A stretch of DNA of 64,000 bases from Synechococcus sp. (lineage in GTDB: Bacteria > Cyanobacteriota > Cyanobacteriia > PCC-6307 > Cyanobiaceae), in the NCBI GenBank assembly GCA_047286285.1, contig JBJBBP010000001.1:9149-73148 (forward strand), read 5' to 3'. Each line of letters starts with the position of its first letter. Position 1 is the first letter of the stretch. This document shows, piece by piece, positions 21,766 through 30,807 of the stretch. The notes beneath the pieces were generated by a model. It saw only the letters and a program-made list of their open reading frames with translations. It was not told the DNA's origin and did not search any database. The position numbers and the translations under genes were made by a program.

Positions 21766-22455
21766 TTAGGGTTCGTCAAACAATACTTCGTTAATGTAGT
21801 CATCTGCCCACTTTTCTCCAAAATATTTTTCTAAAATTTTTCTAGTTTTATCGTTCTTTTTCTGTTTTTCGCAGTAATTTATCTGTCCTTCGTATCTCTC
21901 GTCTGCTCTGTTGTAATTCATAGTTGATTTCCACACAGCACCAACAAATACATCAAGATATTCATTAACTACATGACAAAATTTATCAATTTCCTCACTA
22001 TCATCTAGTCTTGCAAACTTACTGTAAGGTGAAAATATTGTACCCCACGTAGGAATCTCTCTATTGTGTCTAAAACTGTAGTATCTGGCAATATCCTCAA
22101 CATCTTCGTAAATTGGATGATCTATGCCATCAACAGGAGAGATGTCTGTAATAGCAGCAGTAACAATCTTCTGATTAGCTACGATATCAGCACCAAAAAT
22201 AGGCAAATCAAACTCAGGATCTGGATACCAGATACAATGCAGGATATCCAGAGGTCCTAGACTAGCAATTTCCATATGTACCTTGCGTAATCCAGTACAC
22301 ATGTGCATGTCATTCTCAATGACTAGGTTACCATCTTCAGTTTCTTTGTAGACCTCCTTAAATTTATCCTTAACATCCAATTCTTCTACATTAGGTAGAG
22401 TTTTCTGGTGCTCACGAATAATATTGGCTAGGTCATTAATTATTTGTCTTGCCAT
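21766..22455 (-). CDS. pcyA: Ferredoxin-dependent bilin reductase, PcyA-like (phycocyanobilin:ferredoxin oxidoreductase family)
   Basis: HMEIASLGPLDILHCIWYPDPEFDLPIFGADIVAN, AAITDISPV and YCEKQKKNDKTRKILEKYFGEKWADDYINEVLFD parallel cyanobacterial PcyA blocks. Confidence 0.8.
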   Translation of the reverse strand: MARQIINDLANIIREHQKTLPNVEELDVKDKFKEVYKETEDGNLVIENDMHMCTGLRKVHMEIASLGPLDILHCIWYPDPEFDLPIFGADIVANQKIVTAAITDISPVDGIDHPIYEDVEDIARYYSFRHNREIPTWGTIFSPYSKFARLDDSEEIDKFCHVVNEYLDVFVGAVWKSTMNYNRADERYEGQINYCEKQKKNDKTRKILEKYFGEKWADDYINEVLFDEP

Positions 22456-22457
22456 TT

Positions 22458-23084
22458 TTATGCATAACTGAAAAAGAATTCTTTGATTAGAGTTTGTGAC
22501 TCATTTTTACCAAATCTACTAGACAAATATCCAGAAATAGGGTCAAGTCTTATCATATACCTATCAAAGTCAACATACTGTGTGGTATCAGTTCCAATTG
22601 GTTGATGCTCATTCAGCATATTTTTGTAATATTGTAGATATTTTTCAAATAAAGGTAGGTGTTCATCTACCTCATCAGGTTTACAATATCTAACGACTAA
22701 ATTGTCAGAAAAATGATTACCTGCTTCAAAAAACCTGTACTTACCTTCTACTTTAGGTAGATCTGGTGTGTAAAACAAGTATTTTTCTACAGGATGTTGG
22801 AAATCAAACACAATGACAACTCTCTTGTCACTCATGCCCATGAGATCCATACCAAAACAGGGTAAATTAGATCCTGTTCTAGGATATAGAATGTTATTAT
22901 AGATGCTGCAAGATTTGTTATCCCAGATTTCAACTTGTCTTGACTTAATTAGGTGTTCACCTGAGTACAAATCAGCAGTCAAGTTTACATCTTTATCGTT
23001 AGTCCATTTAGCATGTCTGCTAACAAATTTCATATCAGGAAAAATCTTAGCAATGGATGCCTTATAATTTTTCCAAAGATTCAT
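22458..23084 (-). CDS. pebS: Ferredoxin-dependent bilin reductase, phage PebS-like (phycoerythrobilin synthase)
   Basis: 208 aa. ILYPRTGSNLPCFGMDLMGMSDKRVVIVFDFQHPVEKYLF..GKYRFFEAGNHFS..VRYCKPDEVD. This is the FDBR family core in the short phage form. Confidence 0.8.
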   Translation of the reverse strand: MNLWKNYKASIAKIFPDMKFVSRHAKWTNDKDVNLTADLYSGEHLIKSRQVEIWDNKSCSIYNNILYPRTGSNLPCFGMDLMGMSDKRVVIVFDFQHPVEKYLFYTPDLPKVEGKYRFFEAGNHFSDNLVVRYCKPDEVDEHLPLFEKYLQYYKNMLNEHQPIGTDTTQYVDFDRYMIRLDPISGYLSSRFGKNESQTLIKEFFFSYA

Positions 23085-23136
23085 AATTTACCTATGCCTT
23101 TTGAAAAATTCTTTCATTGAGGTTTGATAACCAGAT

Positions 23137-23562
23137 TCACGATAGGGAGGTTCCTTGATCCCCACTACCTTTTTGTAGTCCTGATGCATCGCTCCCAAAA
23201 GCCATGCTTGACTCAGACTCTTCGGTCCTTCTTTCAACAATCGGGTTTGAAATTTGGATAGACCAGCCTTCCTCGCCAAATACTCCTCTCTCCACTCTAT
23301 GTGGTGTGATTTGTCTGTCATTTTCCTCCCAGAATTCATGTAGTTTTTTGGTTTCTAAGTCAACACCTGCCATGGTTTGCAGAACTTTACCATCCCAGTA
23401 CCATTTTTCTATGTATGAAAAAAGATATTTAAGGATGGTGTTCCAAGGTGGTTTCTGTTTGCTGATCCACCTCTTTATCTTCTGTAAAGTTGTTTCTTTT
23501 TCCTTGTCAAAGACAATTTCAAAGTTATAACTGAAACCCTGCGAAGGTGTCTTTTTTGACAT
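23137..23562 (-). CDS. Hypothetical protein (141 aa) with an acidic/Gly-Ser-rich C-terminus
   Basis: ATG start. In the region shared with the alternative 83-aa frame, this frame has the purine-rich first codon position and low G at the third position typical of this genome's genes. Confidence 0.55.
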   Translation of the reverse strand: MSKKTPSQGFSYNFEIVFDKEKETTLQKIKRWISKQKPPWNTILKYLFSYIEKWYWDGKVLQTMAGVDLETKKLHEFWEENDRQITPHRVERGVFGEEGWSIQISNPIVERRTEESESSMAFGSDASGLQKGSGDQGTSLS

Positions 23563-24709
23563 CCTGTTTAATGCTCCCGATTAGGTAAGACTCAACCTCT
23601 GTCTCCTGTGGAGCTACTTGCATACCCTTAGAGGATAACCAATGTGCTGTCCATGGAAGAGGATTGTTGCTGATAGGAGTGTCAAAGATTGCATTGAGTC
23701 CGATAGACTTCAAGCGACGATTAGCAGTCCATTCAACATACTTCTGTAGTAATTTATCATTCAAACCAATGATAGATCCATCTTTGAACAGATACTCTGC
23801 CCATAGATTCTCTTCTTCCACAGCTTGACGGAACATGTTGTAAACATTTTCTTCTTCTTCCTTAGCAATCTGCCTCATTTCTGGATCATCATCCTTTTTC
23901 CAGTTGTTAAGGATGTTCTGAGTGACAGTCATGTGCTGTGATTCATCTCTCGCAATAAGACCAATGATCTTAGCAGATCCTTCAAGGAGTTTAAGTTCAC
24001 CAAAAGCGAAGGAACAAGCGAAGGATACGTAGAATCTGATTCCTTCAAGGATGTAGACATTTGCAACTGCTCTATATAAATTTCGTTTTAGATCATGGAT
24101 CTCCCACTTTGCAGTTGGAGAATCTTTCCATCCATCACGCCACATATTTCCTGTGCCATACTGTTGAGCAATATTAATAAAGTCGTCGTATGCCTTGGTA
24201 ACTGATTGTGCTCTCTGGAGGATCTTCTCGTCGTCTAGAATGTGGTCAAAAACATCAGAAGGATCAGCATATACATTCTTGATAATGTGAGTGTATGAGC
24301 GACTATGGATCATCTCCATGGTCTGCCAGATATTCATACATCCTTCTAACTCAGGTAGACTGCAATAAGGCATGAAAGCCATGCCAGGACCACGACCTTG
24401 TACGGAGTCCAAGAGGATCTGATACTTGAGATTGCTAGTAAATATGTGTTTTTGTGCATTATTTAAAGTCTGATAGTCAGCGCGATCTTTCTGTAGAGAT
24501 ACCTCCTCAGGTCTCCAGAAAAAACCAAGTTGATTCTGTGTCAACTTATCAAAGATAGGATACCTAAACTTATCATATCTTTGTACTCCTAGAGGAGGAC
24601 CGAAGAACATTGTTTGTTTGGTAGTATCAACAACATCAGTGTTGAATACTGTCATGCCTTCTACGCTAGTCATGGGTTCGTTGTTAGTTCTAAATTTTGC
24701 AACTGTCAC
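23525..24709 (-). CDS. nrdB: Ribonucleotide reductase class Ia beta subunit
   Basis: Di-iron ligand motifs EMIHSRSY and RDESQH. EGIRFYVSFACSFAF. The track start 24709 is GTG, preceded by GGAGGA. Alternative ATGs lie at 24673 and at 24655 (MTVFNTD, which aligns with the T4 NrdB N-terminus). Confidence 0.9.
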   Translation of the reverse strand: MTVAKFRTNNEPMTSVEGMTVFNTDVVDTTKQTMFFGPPLGVQRYDKFRYPIFDKLTQNQLGFFWRPEEVSLQKDRADYQTLNNAQKHIFTSNLKYQILLDSVQGRGPGMAFMPYCSLPELEGCMNIWQTMEMIHSRSYTHIIKNVYADPSDVFDHILDDEKILQRAQSVTKAYDDFINIAQQYGTGNMWRDGWKDSPTAKWEIHDLKRNLYRAVANVYILEGIRFYVSFACSFAFGELKLLEGSAKIIGLIARDESQHMTVTQNILNNWKKDDDPEMRQIAKEEEENVYNMFRQAVEEENLWAEYLFKDGSIIGLNDKLLQKYVEWTANRRLKSIGLNAIFDTPISNNPLPWTAHWLSSKGMQVAPQETEVESYLIGSIKQDVKKDTFAGFQL

Positions 24710-27005
24710 AGTCTTCCTCCTCTGTTTCTAAAATGTCTGTTAATAAATCTTCAATACTTTGTTTCTTTTCTTCAGTCAGTTCAGGTTCTTCTCCTTTCTG
24801 ATCGTATGTGTTCTGGTAGTAGGAAGTCTTCCATCCATACTTATACGTTTTAAGAAGGTCACCTGCCATTTCTGAAACAGGAACTTCATTATTAGCATAA
24901 TTTTCTGGGTTGTAGCTCCAGTTGCCAGAAATTGCTTGGTCAAAGAACTTCTGCATCGCTGCTACAATTTTAATATATCCATCATTATTTTTCATGTCCC
25001 AAAGAAGAGTGTAGTTAGTCTTGAGACTACCGAACTGAGGGACAATCTGCTTGAGAGGTCCTTTCTTTGACTTCTTAGTGGACAAGTATGCTCTAGGTGG
25101 TTCAATTCCGTTTGTTGCGTTAGACACAACGGAACTGCTCTCCGATGGCATCTGTGCGGACAATGTGCTGTGTCTAAGACCATGGGTGGTGATAGATGTC
25201 CTAAGAGATTCCCAATCATAATTCAACTCAGTCCCACAGAACTCATCAATGTCACGCTTGTAAGTGTCGATTGGGAGGATACCGTCTGCATACTTGGTGC
25301 GAGGGAAGTATTCACACGCACCTTTTTCCTGTGCGATTGTGTTACTGGATCTGAGTAGATAGAACTGGAAAGCTTCAGACAGGTCATGGATGAGTTTCCA
25401 TGCTGCTGGATCTTCATATTTGTATCCATTTTTTGCTAAGTAATGTGCGAGTCCAATATAACCAATACCAAGAGAACGACGTGCAAGTGTGCTACGTTCT
25501 GCTGCGTTAACAGGATACTCTTGATAATCAATCAACTCCTCAAGACCACGTACAGCAAGATCACAGAGGTCTTCAAGTTCATCTAACTTATTAATCTTAC
25601 CCACATTAATAGCAGATAAGATGCAAAGTGCGATTTCACCCTCTCCATCAATATGTTGTAGTGGTGTCGTAGGAAGTGTAATCTCTTGACAGAGGTTACT
25701 CATACTTACTTTGTCTTGGAAGGAAGAATGAGTATTGCAATGATCAATATTCATGATGTATAACCTTCCAGTTTCTGCTCTTTCCTTACATAAGTCTAGA
25801 ATAAGTTCCTGAGCTCCAATAGTTTTCTTCGGAATAGATCCATCAGATTCATAACGTGTATAGAGATCATCAAACTCGTCAGTGCCAAAAGCATCGTACA
25901 AACCTGGCGTATCGTGAGGTGAGAATAAGGTGATGTTTCCATTCGCAATGAATCTTTCATAGAAAAGTTTAGAAATTTGGATACTATAATCTAGTTTCCT
26001 GACCCTATTGTCTTCAGTTCCTTTGTTGTTCTTAAGAACTAGGATGTCTTCGATTTCTTGGTGCCAGATAGGAAAGTGAACTGTAGCAGAACCACCTCTG
26101 ATGCCGTTTTGTGTACAGCATCTGACAGTTGCTTCAAACTTTTTGAGGAAGGGGACAACACCTGTGTGTTGTACCTCTCCGCCTCTGATTTTAGCGTTGA
26201 TCCCACGGATTCTGCCAGCGTTAATACCGATGCCAGCCCTTTGAGCGACGTACCTGCCAATAGCCATATCACTGCTAAAGATACTATCGAGGGTGTCATC
26301 AGCATCAACGAGAACACAAGATGCAAATTGACGAAGGGGTGTTCTGACCCCTGCCATGATCGGTGTTGGGATGTTGATCTTGTGTTTGGAAATGGCATTG
26401 TAGTAACGTCTAATGTATTCTAGGCGATTCTCACCATAATCTCTGAACAGAGTTACAGCAATCATCATGTACATATATTGAGGTGTCTCATATACCTCAT
26501 TAGAACTGCGATCTTGTACCAGATACTTGTCAACTACTTGGCGAAGACCAGCGTAAGTGAATAATGTATCTCTATCATGATCAATATAAGAGTTAATCTT
26601 AGTCCACTCTTCGTATGTATACTTATCAATAATTTCGGAATCGTATACCTTTTTCTCAACACATGTATAGCAGTGATCAAGCACTGAAGGGAGACCTTGA
26701 ACCCACTCAGATCCAAAGACTTGCTTGTATACACCGTACAATAGAAGACGAGCAGCAACGAACTGATAGTTAGGACTATCAAGACTAATCAGGTCACTAG
26801 CAGAACGCACTAGAATTTCTTGAATATCCTTTGTTTCAATCTCATCAAAGAACTGCAGACCAGAATTCATTTCAACTGCAGAAGGACTCACACCGCTTCC
26901 TAGACCTTCGCAAGCTTCTTCTACTACCTTATGAATCTTATCAAGATTCAGAGGGGTCAGAGACCCGTCACGCTTGCGAACTTTAATTCCGTTCCCGTTT
27001 GTCAT
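24690..27005 (-). CDS. nrdA: Ribonucleotide reductase class Ia alpha subunit
   Basis: N-terminal ATP-cone (IKVRKRDGSLTPLNLDKIHKV), a long catalytic core and a C-terminal Cys pair (CDSCKI). The track start 27017 is TTG. The ATG at 27005 forms ATGA with the primase stop. Confidence 0.92.
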   Translation of the reverse strand: MTNGNGIKVRKRDGSLTPLNLDKIHKVVEEACEGLGSGVSPSAVEMNSGLQFFDEIETKDIQEILVRSASDLISLDSPNYQFVAARLLLYGVYKQVFGSEWVQGLPSVLDHCYTCVEKKVYDSEIIDKYTYEEWTKINSYIDHDRDTLFTYAGLRQVVDKYLVQDRSSNEVYETPQYMYMMIAVTLFRDYGENRLEYIRRYYNAISKHKINIPTPIMAGVRTPLRQFASCVLVDADDTLDSIFSSDMAIGRYVAQRAGIGINAGRIRGINAKIRGGEVQHTGVVPFLKKFEATVRCCTQNGIRGGSATVHFPIWHQEIEDILVLKNNKGTEDNRVRKLDYSIQISKLFYERFIANGNITLFSPHDTPGLYDAFGTDEFDDLYTRYESDGSIPKKTIGAQELILDLCKERAETGRLYIMNIDHCNTHSSFQDKVSMSNLCQEITLPTTPLQHIDGEGEIALCILSAINVGKINKLDELEDLCDLAVRGLEELIDYQEYPVNAAERSTLARRSLGIGYIGLAHYLAKNGYKYEDPAAWKLIHDLSEAFQFYLLRSSNTIAQEKGACEYFPRTKYADGILPIDTYKRDIDEFCGTELNYDWESLRTSITTHGLRHSTLSAQMPSESSSVVSNATNGIEPPRAYLSTKKSKKGPLKQIVPQFGSLKTNYTLLWDMKNNDGYIKIVAAMQKFFDQAISGNWSYNPENYANNEVPVSEMAGDLLKTYKYGWKTSYYQNTYDQKGEEPELTEEKKQSIEDLLTDILETEEEDCDSCKI

Positions 27006-27991
27006 ACTTTTTTCCAATCGTTAAATTTTAGTTTTGCTTGTAATCCTTGGTAGACATTAGATTCTACCAGAGTTTGCACATCATGTCCAGCAAGATGCAT
27101 GTCATTGATGTCTTTCTGTAATATGTTTTTTGGCCAGACGACTACCTTATCTCCTCTGTCGATGACTTTGGAGAGTCTGGCGACGATCTCTCTATTGCGT
27201 GGTTCGTTATCAAAAACCCAAATATAATCGCTCCAATTAAGCGACCGAATATCAGCATCGGAACCAGCCATGGCAACCGAGTTTTCCAAGAAGGTCGAGT
27301 CAAAAGGTCCCTCTACAATGTAAATTGATTCGTCTATGTTAATCCTATCCAATCCAAAGATCTTGGGTTGATCTTCATCAAGCATGATCGTAATGTATCT
27401 GATCTTTGCCTTAGGGGCTAGCGATCTGCCTTGATATCCAAACAACTTCCCTTGTTTGTCTTTGAATGGGATGATGATGCGATCACTATCTTGTCTCAGG
27501 GTATCAAATGTCTTCTTTTGTTTGTTTGTCCATTCCTTAAACTTAGGACAATAATAGAAGTAATCTAGATCTTTGATACCACGTTTTTCAAGATAGACTC
27601 GCGCTGGGTGAAAAATATTTAGGTCAGAAATTTTCTCAAGATCGGTATTAGTTTTAACAAATTTCGGTTTGCTAAAATTAAATTTTGGGTTAGGAGTAGC
27701 AGTTCCCTTGCCAGTGCTACCTTCCTTAAATTTCTCCATGATATATTGATCATAAAGATTTACATCATGATCTTTTAGGAAGTTTGAAAGTGATCTACCA
27801 ACACCACAATTGTGACATTTATACGTAAAATTATTTTTAATCTTAAACAAATATCCCCTAGCCTTGTTGCGTCTCTTTTTAGAGTCACCACAGTAAGGAC
27901 ACCTGAAATTATACAGGTCTGCCTTCTTGCGACTGAAAAGAGTCAGGCGAGGGGATATTAAGTTGATATATTTTACGTCAAGAAAACTCAC
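27002..27991 (-). CDS. g61: DNA primase (T4 gp61-like)
   Basis: Zn-ribbon CPYCGDSKKRRNKARGYLF..CHNCG followed by a Toprim-like core (IYIVEGPFDS, VFDNEPRN). The start codon is GTG; there is no nearby in-frame ATG. Confidence 0.88.
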   Translation of the reverse strand: MSFLDVKYINLISPRLTLFSRKKADLYNFRCPYCGDSKKRRNKARGYLFKIKNNFTYKCHNCGVGRSLSNFLKDHDVNLYDQYIMEKFKEGSTGKGTATPNPKFNFSKPKFVKTNTDLEKISDLNIFHPARVYLEKRGIKDLDYFYYCPKFKEWTNKQKKTFDTLRQDSDRIIIPFKDKQGKLFGYQGRSLAPKAKIRYITIMLDEDQPKIFGLDRINIDESIYIVEGPFDSTFLENSVAMAGSDADIRSLNWSDYIWVFDNEPRNREIVARLSKVIDRGDKVVVWPKNILQKDINDMHLAGHDVQTLVESNVYQGLQAKLKFNDWKKV

Positions 27992-28376
27992 TAAGAGGCA
28001 TATCCACTGCAGATATACTAGCAGGTGGTATCGAAGGTGTCAAGTTTTTAATGAGTGCCTGACCTGGTGCGGATACAAGGAAACAAATCACAGATAATGC
28101 TCCTGCTATTGTCCACATTTTTTTCTCGATCAAACGGATTCTATCATCAACCAGTCTTATGTCTCTCTCGCATCCTTTCTTAATAGCAAGTGTCTCTCTT
28201 GCTAAGTCAGTAGTAATTCTGTCTAGCTTTTCAAACAGAACCTCATCTACCTTATCTTGTTTGTCTAACTTTTCATTATGAACAGCAAGTAGTTGACCCA
28301 TCTTCACAGAGTTTTCCTGTAAAGTATCAACCACTTTTTCTAATCTTTCTAGAATTGCTGTATTGATGTCGGACAT
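27978..28376 (-). CDS. Hypothetical coiled-coil protein with a C-terminal transmembrane helix (132 aa)
   Basis: ATG start. Heptad-like N-terminus and a hydrophobic WTIAGALSVICFLVSAPG segment. Confidence 0.6.
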   Translation of the reverse strand: MSDINTAILERLEKVVDTLQENSVKMGQLLAVHNEKLDKQDKVDEVLFEKLDRITTDLARETLAIKKGCERDIRLVDDRIRLIEKKMWTIAGALSVICFLVSAPGQALIKNLTPSIPPASISAVDMPLSEFS

Positions 28377-28386
28377 CCTTTTAACT

Positions 28387-29097
28387 TTATACGTTTCTTA
28401 CGGCAAAGTCAAGAGCAGTTTGATAAGAAGAAGCATCTTTGTTCAACAAGTACTGGAACTGTTGCTTGTGTGTATCATCTAACTGTGCATAACAAGCAGC
28501 AATACGTTTTGCTGAAAAATTATCTAGGTTTTGTACTGATCCATCTCCAAATTGGATCTTAGCGAAGTTTTGTTCGCCTTGTGGATTGAGTTCAGAAGTT
28601 GCAACATCTAATGCAACCTGTACTACATCCTGATTTTCAGTCATAATTTCTTTAGTCACTTCAGTTTCTTCACGTTTTAATTTTTTAGTTTGATTAGACG
28701 CTTTCTTTTTAAAGTCAGCAAGTCTTGCTTTCATGAGCGTGTCCATTTCTTTGGACTTACGCACCATTTTTTCTTTAGCTTCACCACGCTTCTTTTGTAA
28801 GTCTTTTTGTCTAGACAACTTTTTCTGTTGTCCAATAGACTTCTGAGCTCTCTCGGTTTCAGTAGCGGTGTACTCAAGAATTTGTGTTTCTTTTTCTTCT
28901 TTCATTTTTCTACGTTGAATACGGGAAAACAGATCTTTCGCTCCTTTGGAACGACCATCAATTTTTTCATTGTTTTTCTTATACTTACGATGTTGTCTAG
29001 GATTTACCATAACAAATGCGGGAGGTAACTGGAGTCCAGAACCGTCACCAGCGGAGTTAATCATCTCATTCATATTAGATTCAGTAGTCTTAGACAT
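28387..29097 (-). CDS. Hypothetical Lys/Glu-rich protein (236 aa)
   Basis: ATG at 29097. An alternative ATG at 29073 forms ATGA with the upstream stop. Highly charged central region. Confidence 0.6.
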   Translation of the reverse strand: MSKTTESNMNEMINSAGDGSGLQLPPAFVMVNPRQHRKYKKNNEKIDGRSKGAKDLFSRIQRRKMKEEKETQILEYTATETERAQKSIGQQKKLSRQKDLQKKRGEAKEKMVRKSKEMDTLMKARLADFKKKASNQTKKLKREETEVTKEIMTENQDVVQVALDVATSELNPQGEQNFAKIQFGDGSVQNLDNFSAKRIAACYAQLDDTHKQQFQYLLNKDASSYQTALDFAVRNV

Positions 29098-29426
29098 TCT
29101 TCGTCAGCATCTTTGCTCATTGAAGGTGGTAATCTATTTAGAAACAACATAAACGCCTTGATTTGTGACCAGTATGTTGCCTCAATCTTGTAAAATAGCA
29201 GTGCTGTTCCTGCTTCACCAAAAACATTATATAAAACAATCACATGATTAAGTATCAGGTGAGTCTTCATCTCTCCCGTCGTCTCGTACCTCTTAAACAG
29301 TCTTTTGATGTACTTAAATCTCTTTAAGTCTTCCTCAAAATCTGAATAAGTGACGGACGACGGGTTATTATAATTTTGAATAGCAAAGAATAACCAGTTA
29401 TCTGGTGTCAATTCAGTAATGTTCAT
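29070..29426 (-). CDS. Hypothetical protein (118 aa)
   Basis: ATG start, compact spacing to its neighbours. No recognisable motif. Confidence 0.6.
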   Translation of the reverse strand: MNITELTPDNWLFFAIQNYNNPSSVTYSDFEEDLKRFKYIKRLFKRYETTGEMKTHLILNHVIVLYNVFGEAGTALLFYKIEATYWSQIKAFMLFLNRLPPSMSKDADEECLRLLNLI

Positions 29427-29431
29427 TCATA

Positions 29432-30010
29432 TTACGATGTGGTTACAACAGCGACATCAGAAATTAGTTCCTTACCACCATTGGTTGAATTAATCTTGAC
29501 TCTGTATGTTCCAGCATTAGCAGCTGCGTAAGTAGCAACTGTGTATGCTGCAGAAGTTGCACCAGAAACATTGCTGTAACGGTTACCAGACTTCTTCTGC
29601 CACTGGTATGTGAGAACAGAGTTGTCGCCAGGTGGTGTAGCAGTTGCAGTAACAGTAAGTTGTAACTGAGCACCTACAGCAACAGCAGTATCTGCTGGTT
29701 GTGTCTGAATAGCAATAACAACATTAGCATCTGCTGCTGTTGCATCATCTGCCTGAGTTTCATTAGCGTTGGTATCACCACCAGCAATGAAAACTAGTTG
29801 CTCTGCCTTATGGCGAGTAGCTCCACTACTATCTGTATAGGTGAAATAAGACCACCAACCAGGTGCGTTTAGACCACGCTCCTTGTTTGCTTCTAGTGCT
29901 GCCTCAGTTTCATCAATATAGATGGTTTGTTTTGCCTGACTTGACGCTCCAATGCCCACACCAGCTTTGGTTTTGTTTGCATTGCTGTCAGTTCTTCCGT
30001 AAAGGGACAT
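29432..30010 (-). CDS. Ig-like-domain protein (192 aa), candidate capsid/tail decoration protein
   Basis: C-terminal LTYQWQKKSGNRYSNVSGATSAAYTVATYAAANAGTYRVKINSTNG fits the Ig-like pattern (W..G..A..Y.....aG.Y.v). Preceded by a canonical TATAAATA box. Confidence 0.7.
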   Translation of the reverse strand: MSLYGRTDSNANKTKAGVGIGASSQAKQTIYIDETEAALEANKERGLNAPGWWSYFTYTDSSGATRHKAEQLVFIAGGDTNANETQADDATAADANVVIAIQTQPADTAVAVGAQLQLTVTATATPPGDNSVLTYQWQKKSGNRYSNVSGATSAAYTVATYAAANAGTYRVKINSTNGGKELISDVAVVTTS

Positions 30011-30041
30011 TGACGTGTACTCCGAGTTATATTCTAAGTGT

Positions 30042-30049
30042 TATTTATA
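30042..30049 (-). promoter_or_regulatory. Canonical T4 late promoter box TATAAATA
   Basis: Exact minus-strand TATAAATA in the 46-nt gap, ending 31 nt upstream of the ATG at 30010. Confidence 0.55.
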
Positions 30050-30056
30050 AAAAGGA

Positions 30057-30254
30057 CTATTCCTTTGCTGCAATAGCAGCTTTGACAGTCTCAAGTAGCT
30101 TGTCATCCATATCGGTCTTGGTCAGTTTGACTGCCTTACCTAGGATAACTAAGCAAATTTCAATAAGTTTTTCTCCAAGTTCCTCATTGTCAGGAATCTT
30201 AGCTACTGCGTCTGAAATAATTTTCGTTGCTAGTGGAAGTAAAAAAGAAAACAT
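30057..30254 (-). CDS. Small hypothetical protein (65 aa)
   Basis: ATG start, with an AATAAATA box 25 nt upstream. Confidence 0.55.
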   Translation of the reverse strand: MFSFLLPLATKIISDAVAKIPDNEELGEKLIEICLVILGKAVKLTKTDMDDKLLETVKAAIAAKE

Positions 30255-30279
30255 GGTAATATTCCATAGTGTGTTCTTT

Positions 30280-30287
30280 TATTTATT
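30280..30287 (-). promoter_or_regulatory. T4-type late-promoter-like box AATAAATA
   Basis: Overlaps the TAA stop of ORF 30286..30807 and ends 25 nt upstream of the ATG at 30254. Confidence 0.4.
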
Positions 30288-30807
30288 ACTTCTCCCACTC
30301 ATCCAAAATATCTGTAAGTTTTGACATGAATTGTTTGAAAGTCATCAACGAACCAGAGCGGTAATCGCGACGTGCTTTCTGAACTCCTGTCTCAAATGAC
30401 TCTTTCTTAACTTTCTTTTCTGGAAGACCTTTATGCTTTGTTGATGCAAAATCTTTTACATCACTTTTCTTCATGCTGGAAGCAGCTCTTTGAACCTGTG
30501 ACGACGCTTTCCCCATTTCACCTTTTTGAGTCGCTCTAACCATCCCGAAGAACCTTTGTTGGGATTTTGATTTGGCTCGTTCTGTGATTGGGTCAAATCC
30601 TCGTCCTTTGACGACATCAGACCAAGGTGCATATAAAGGACCTTCATAATTTTTTGCCTCGTTGGTTGGTTTGGTAGTCATTCCTTTCTGACTATCAGGA
30701 ATCTCAGGCATTACCTCAATATTACCAGACTTTTTCTTCTTAGATTTTACCTTACTTTCCTTTTTTTCGCAACCACACTCTTCGCGGAACTGCTTAAAGG
30801 GTTTCAT
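30286..30807 (-). CDS. Hypothetical Lys-rich protein with a DUF3008-like segment
   Basis: AKSKSQQRFFGMVRATQKGEMGKASSQVQRAASSMKKSDVKDFASTKHKGLPEKK resembles the DUF3008 consensus as I remember it. ATGA overlap with the upstream gene. Confidence 0.6.
   Translation of the reverse strand: MKPFKQFREECGCEKKESKVKSKKKKSGNIEVMPEIPDSQKGMTTKPTNEAKNYEGPLYAPWSDVVKGRGFDPITERAKSKSQQRFFGMVRATQKGEMGKASSQVQRAASSMKKSDVKDFASTKHKGLPEKKVKKESFETGVQKARRDYRSGSLMTFKQFMSKLTDILDEWEK

Noticed and set aside
23088-23339. 83-aa ORF (MNSGRKMTDKSHHIEWREEYLARKAG...) overlapping the 3' half of the 141-aa ORF 23137..23562 in another frame. I considered a programmed frameshift or two nested genes.
   Set aside because: About 35% of codons in the 83-aa frame end in G, and it uses many codons that are rare in this AT-rich genome (AGG, GCG, CCG, GGG, CTG). 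This arises because its third position coincides with the G-rich first position of the 141-aa frame. The 141-aa frame shows the normal coding periodicity. No slippery heptamer was seen. The only argument in favour is the tight spacing of its stop to the pebS ATG, so it remains a low-probability alternative.
29863-30324. 153-aa plus-strand ORF spanning the Ig-like gene start, an intergenic gap and the 65-aa gene.
   Set aside because: It is antisense to two well-supported minus-strand genes and their late-promoter boxes, its sequence is low-complexity Leu/Ser/Phe-rich, and it has no start context.
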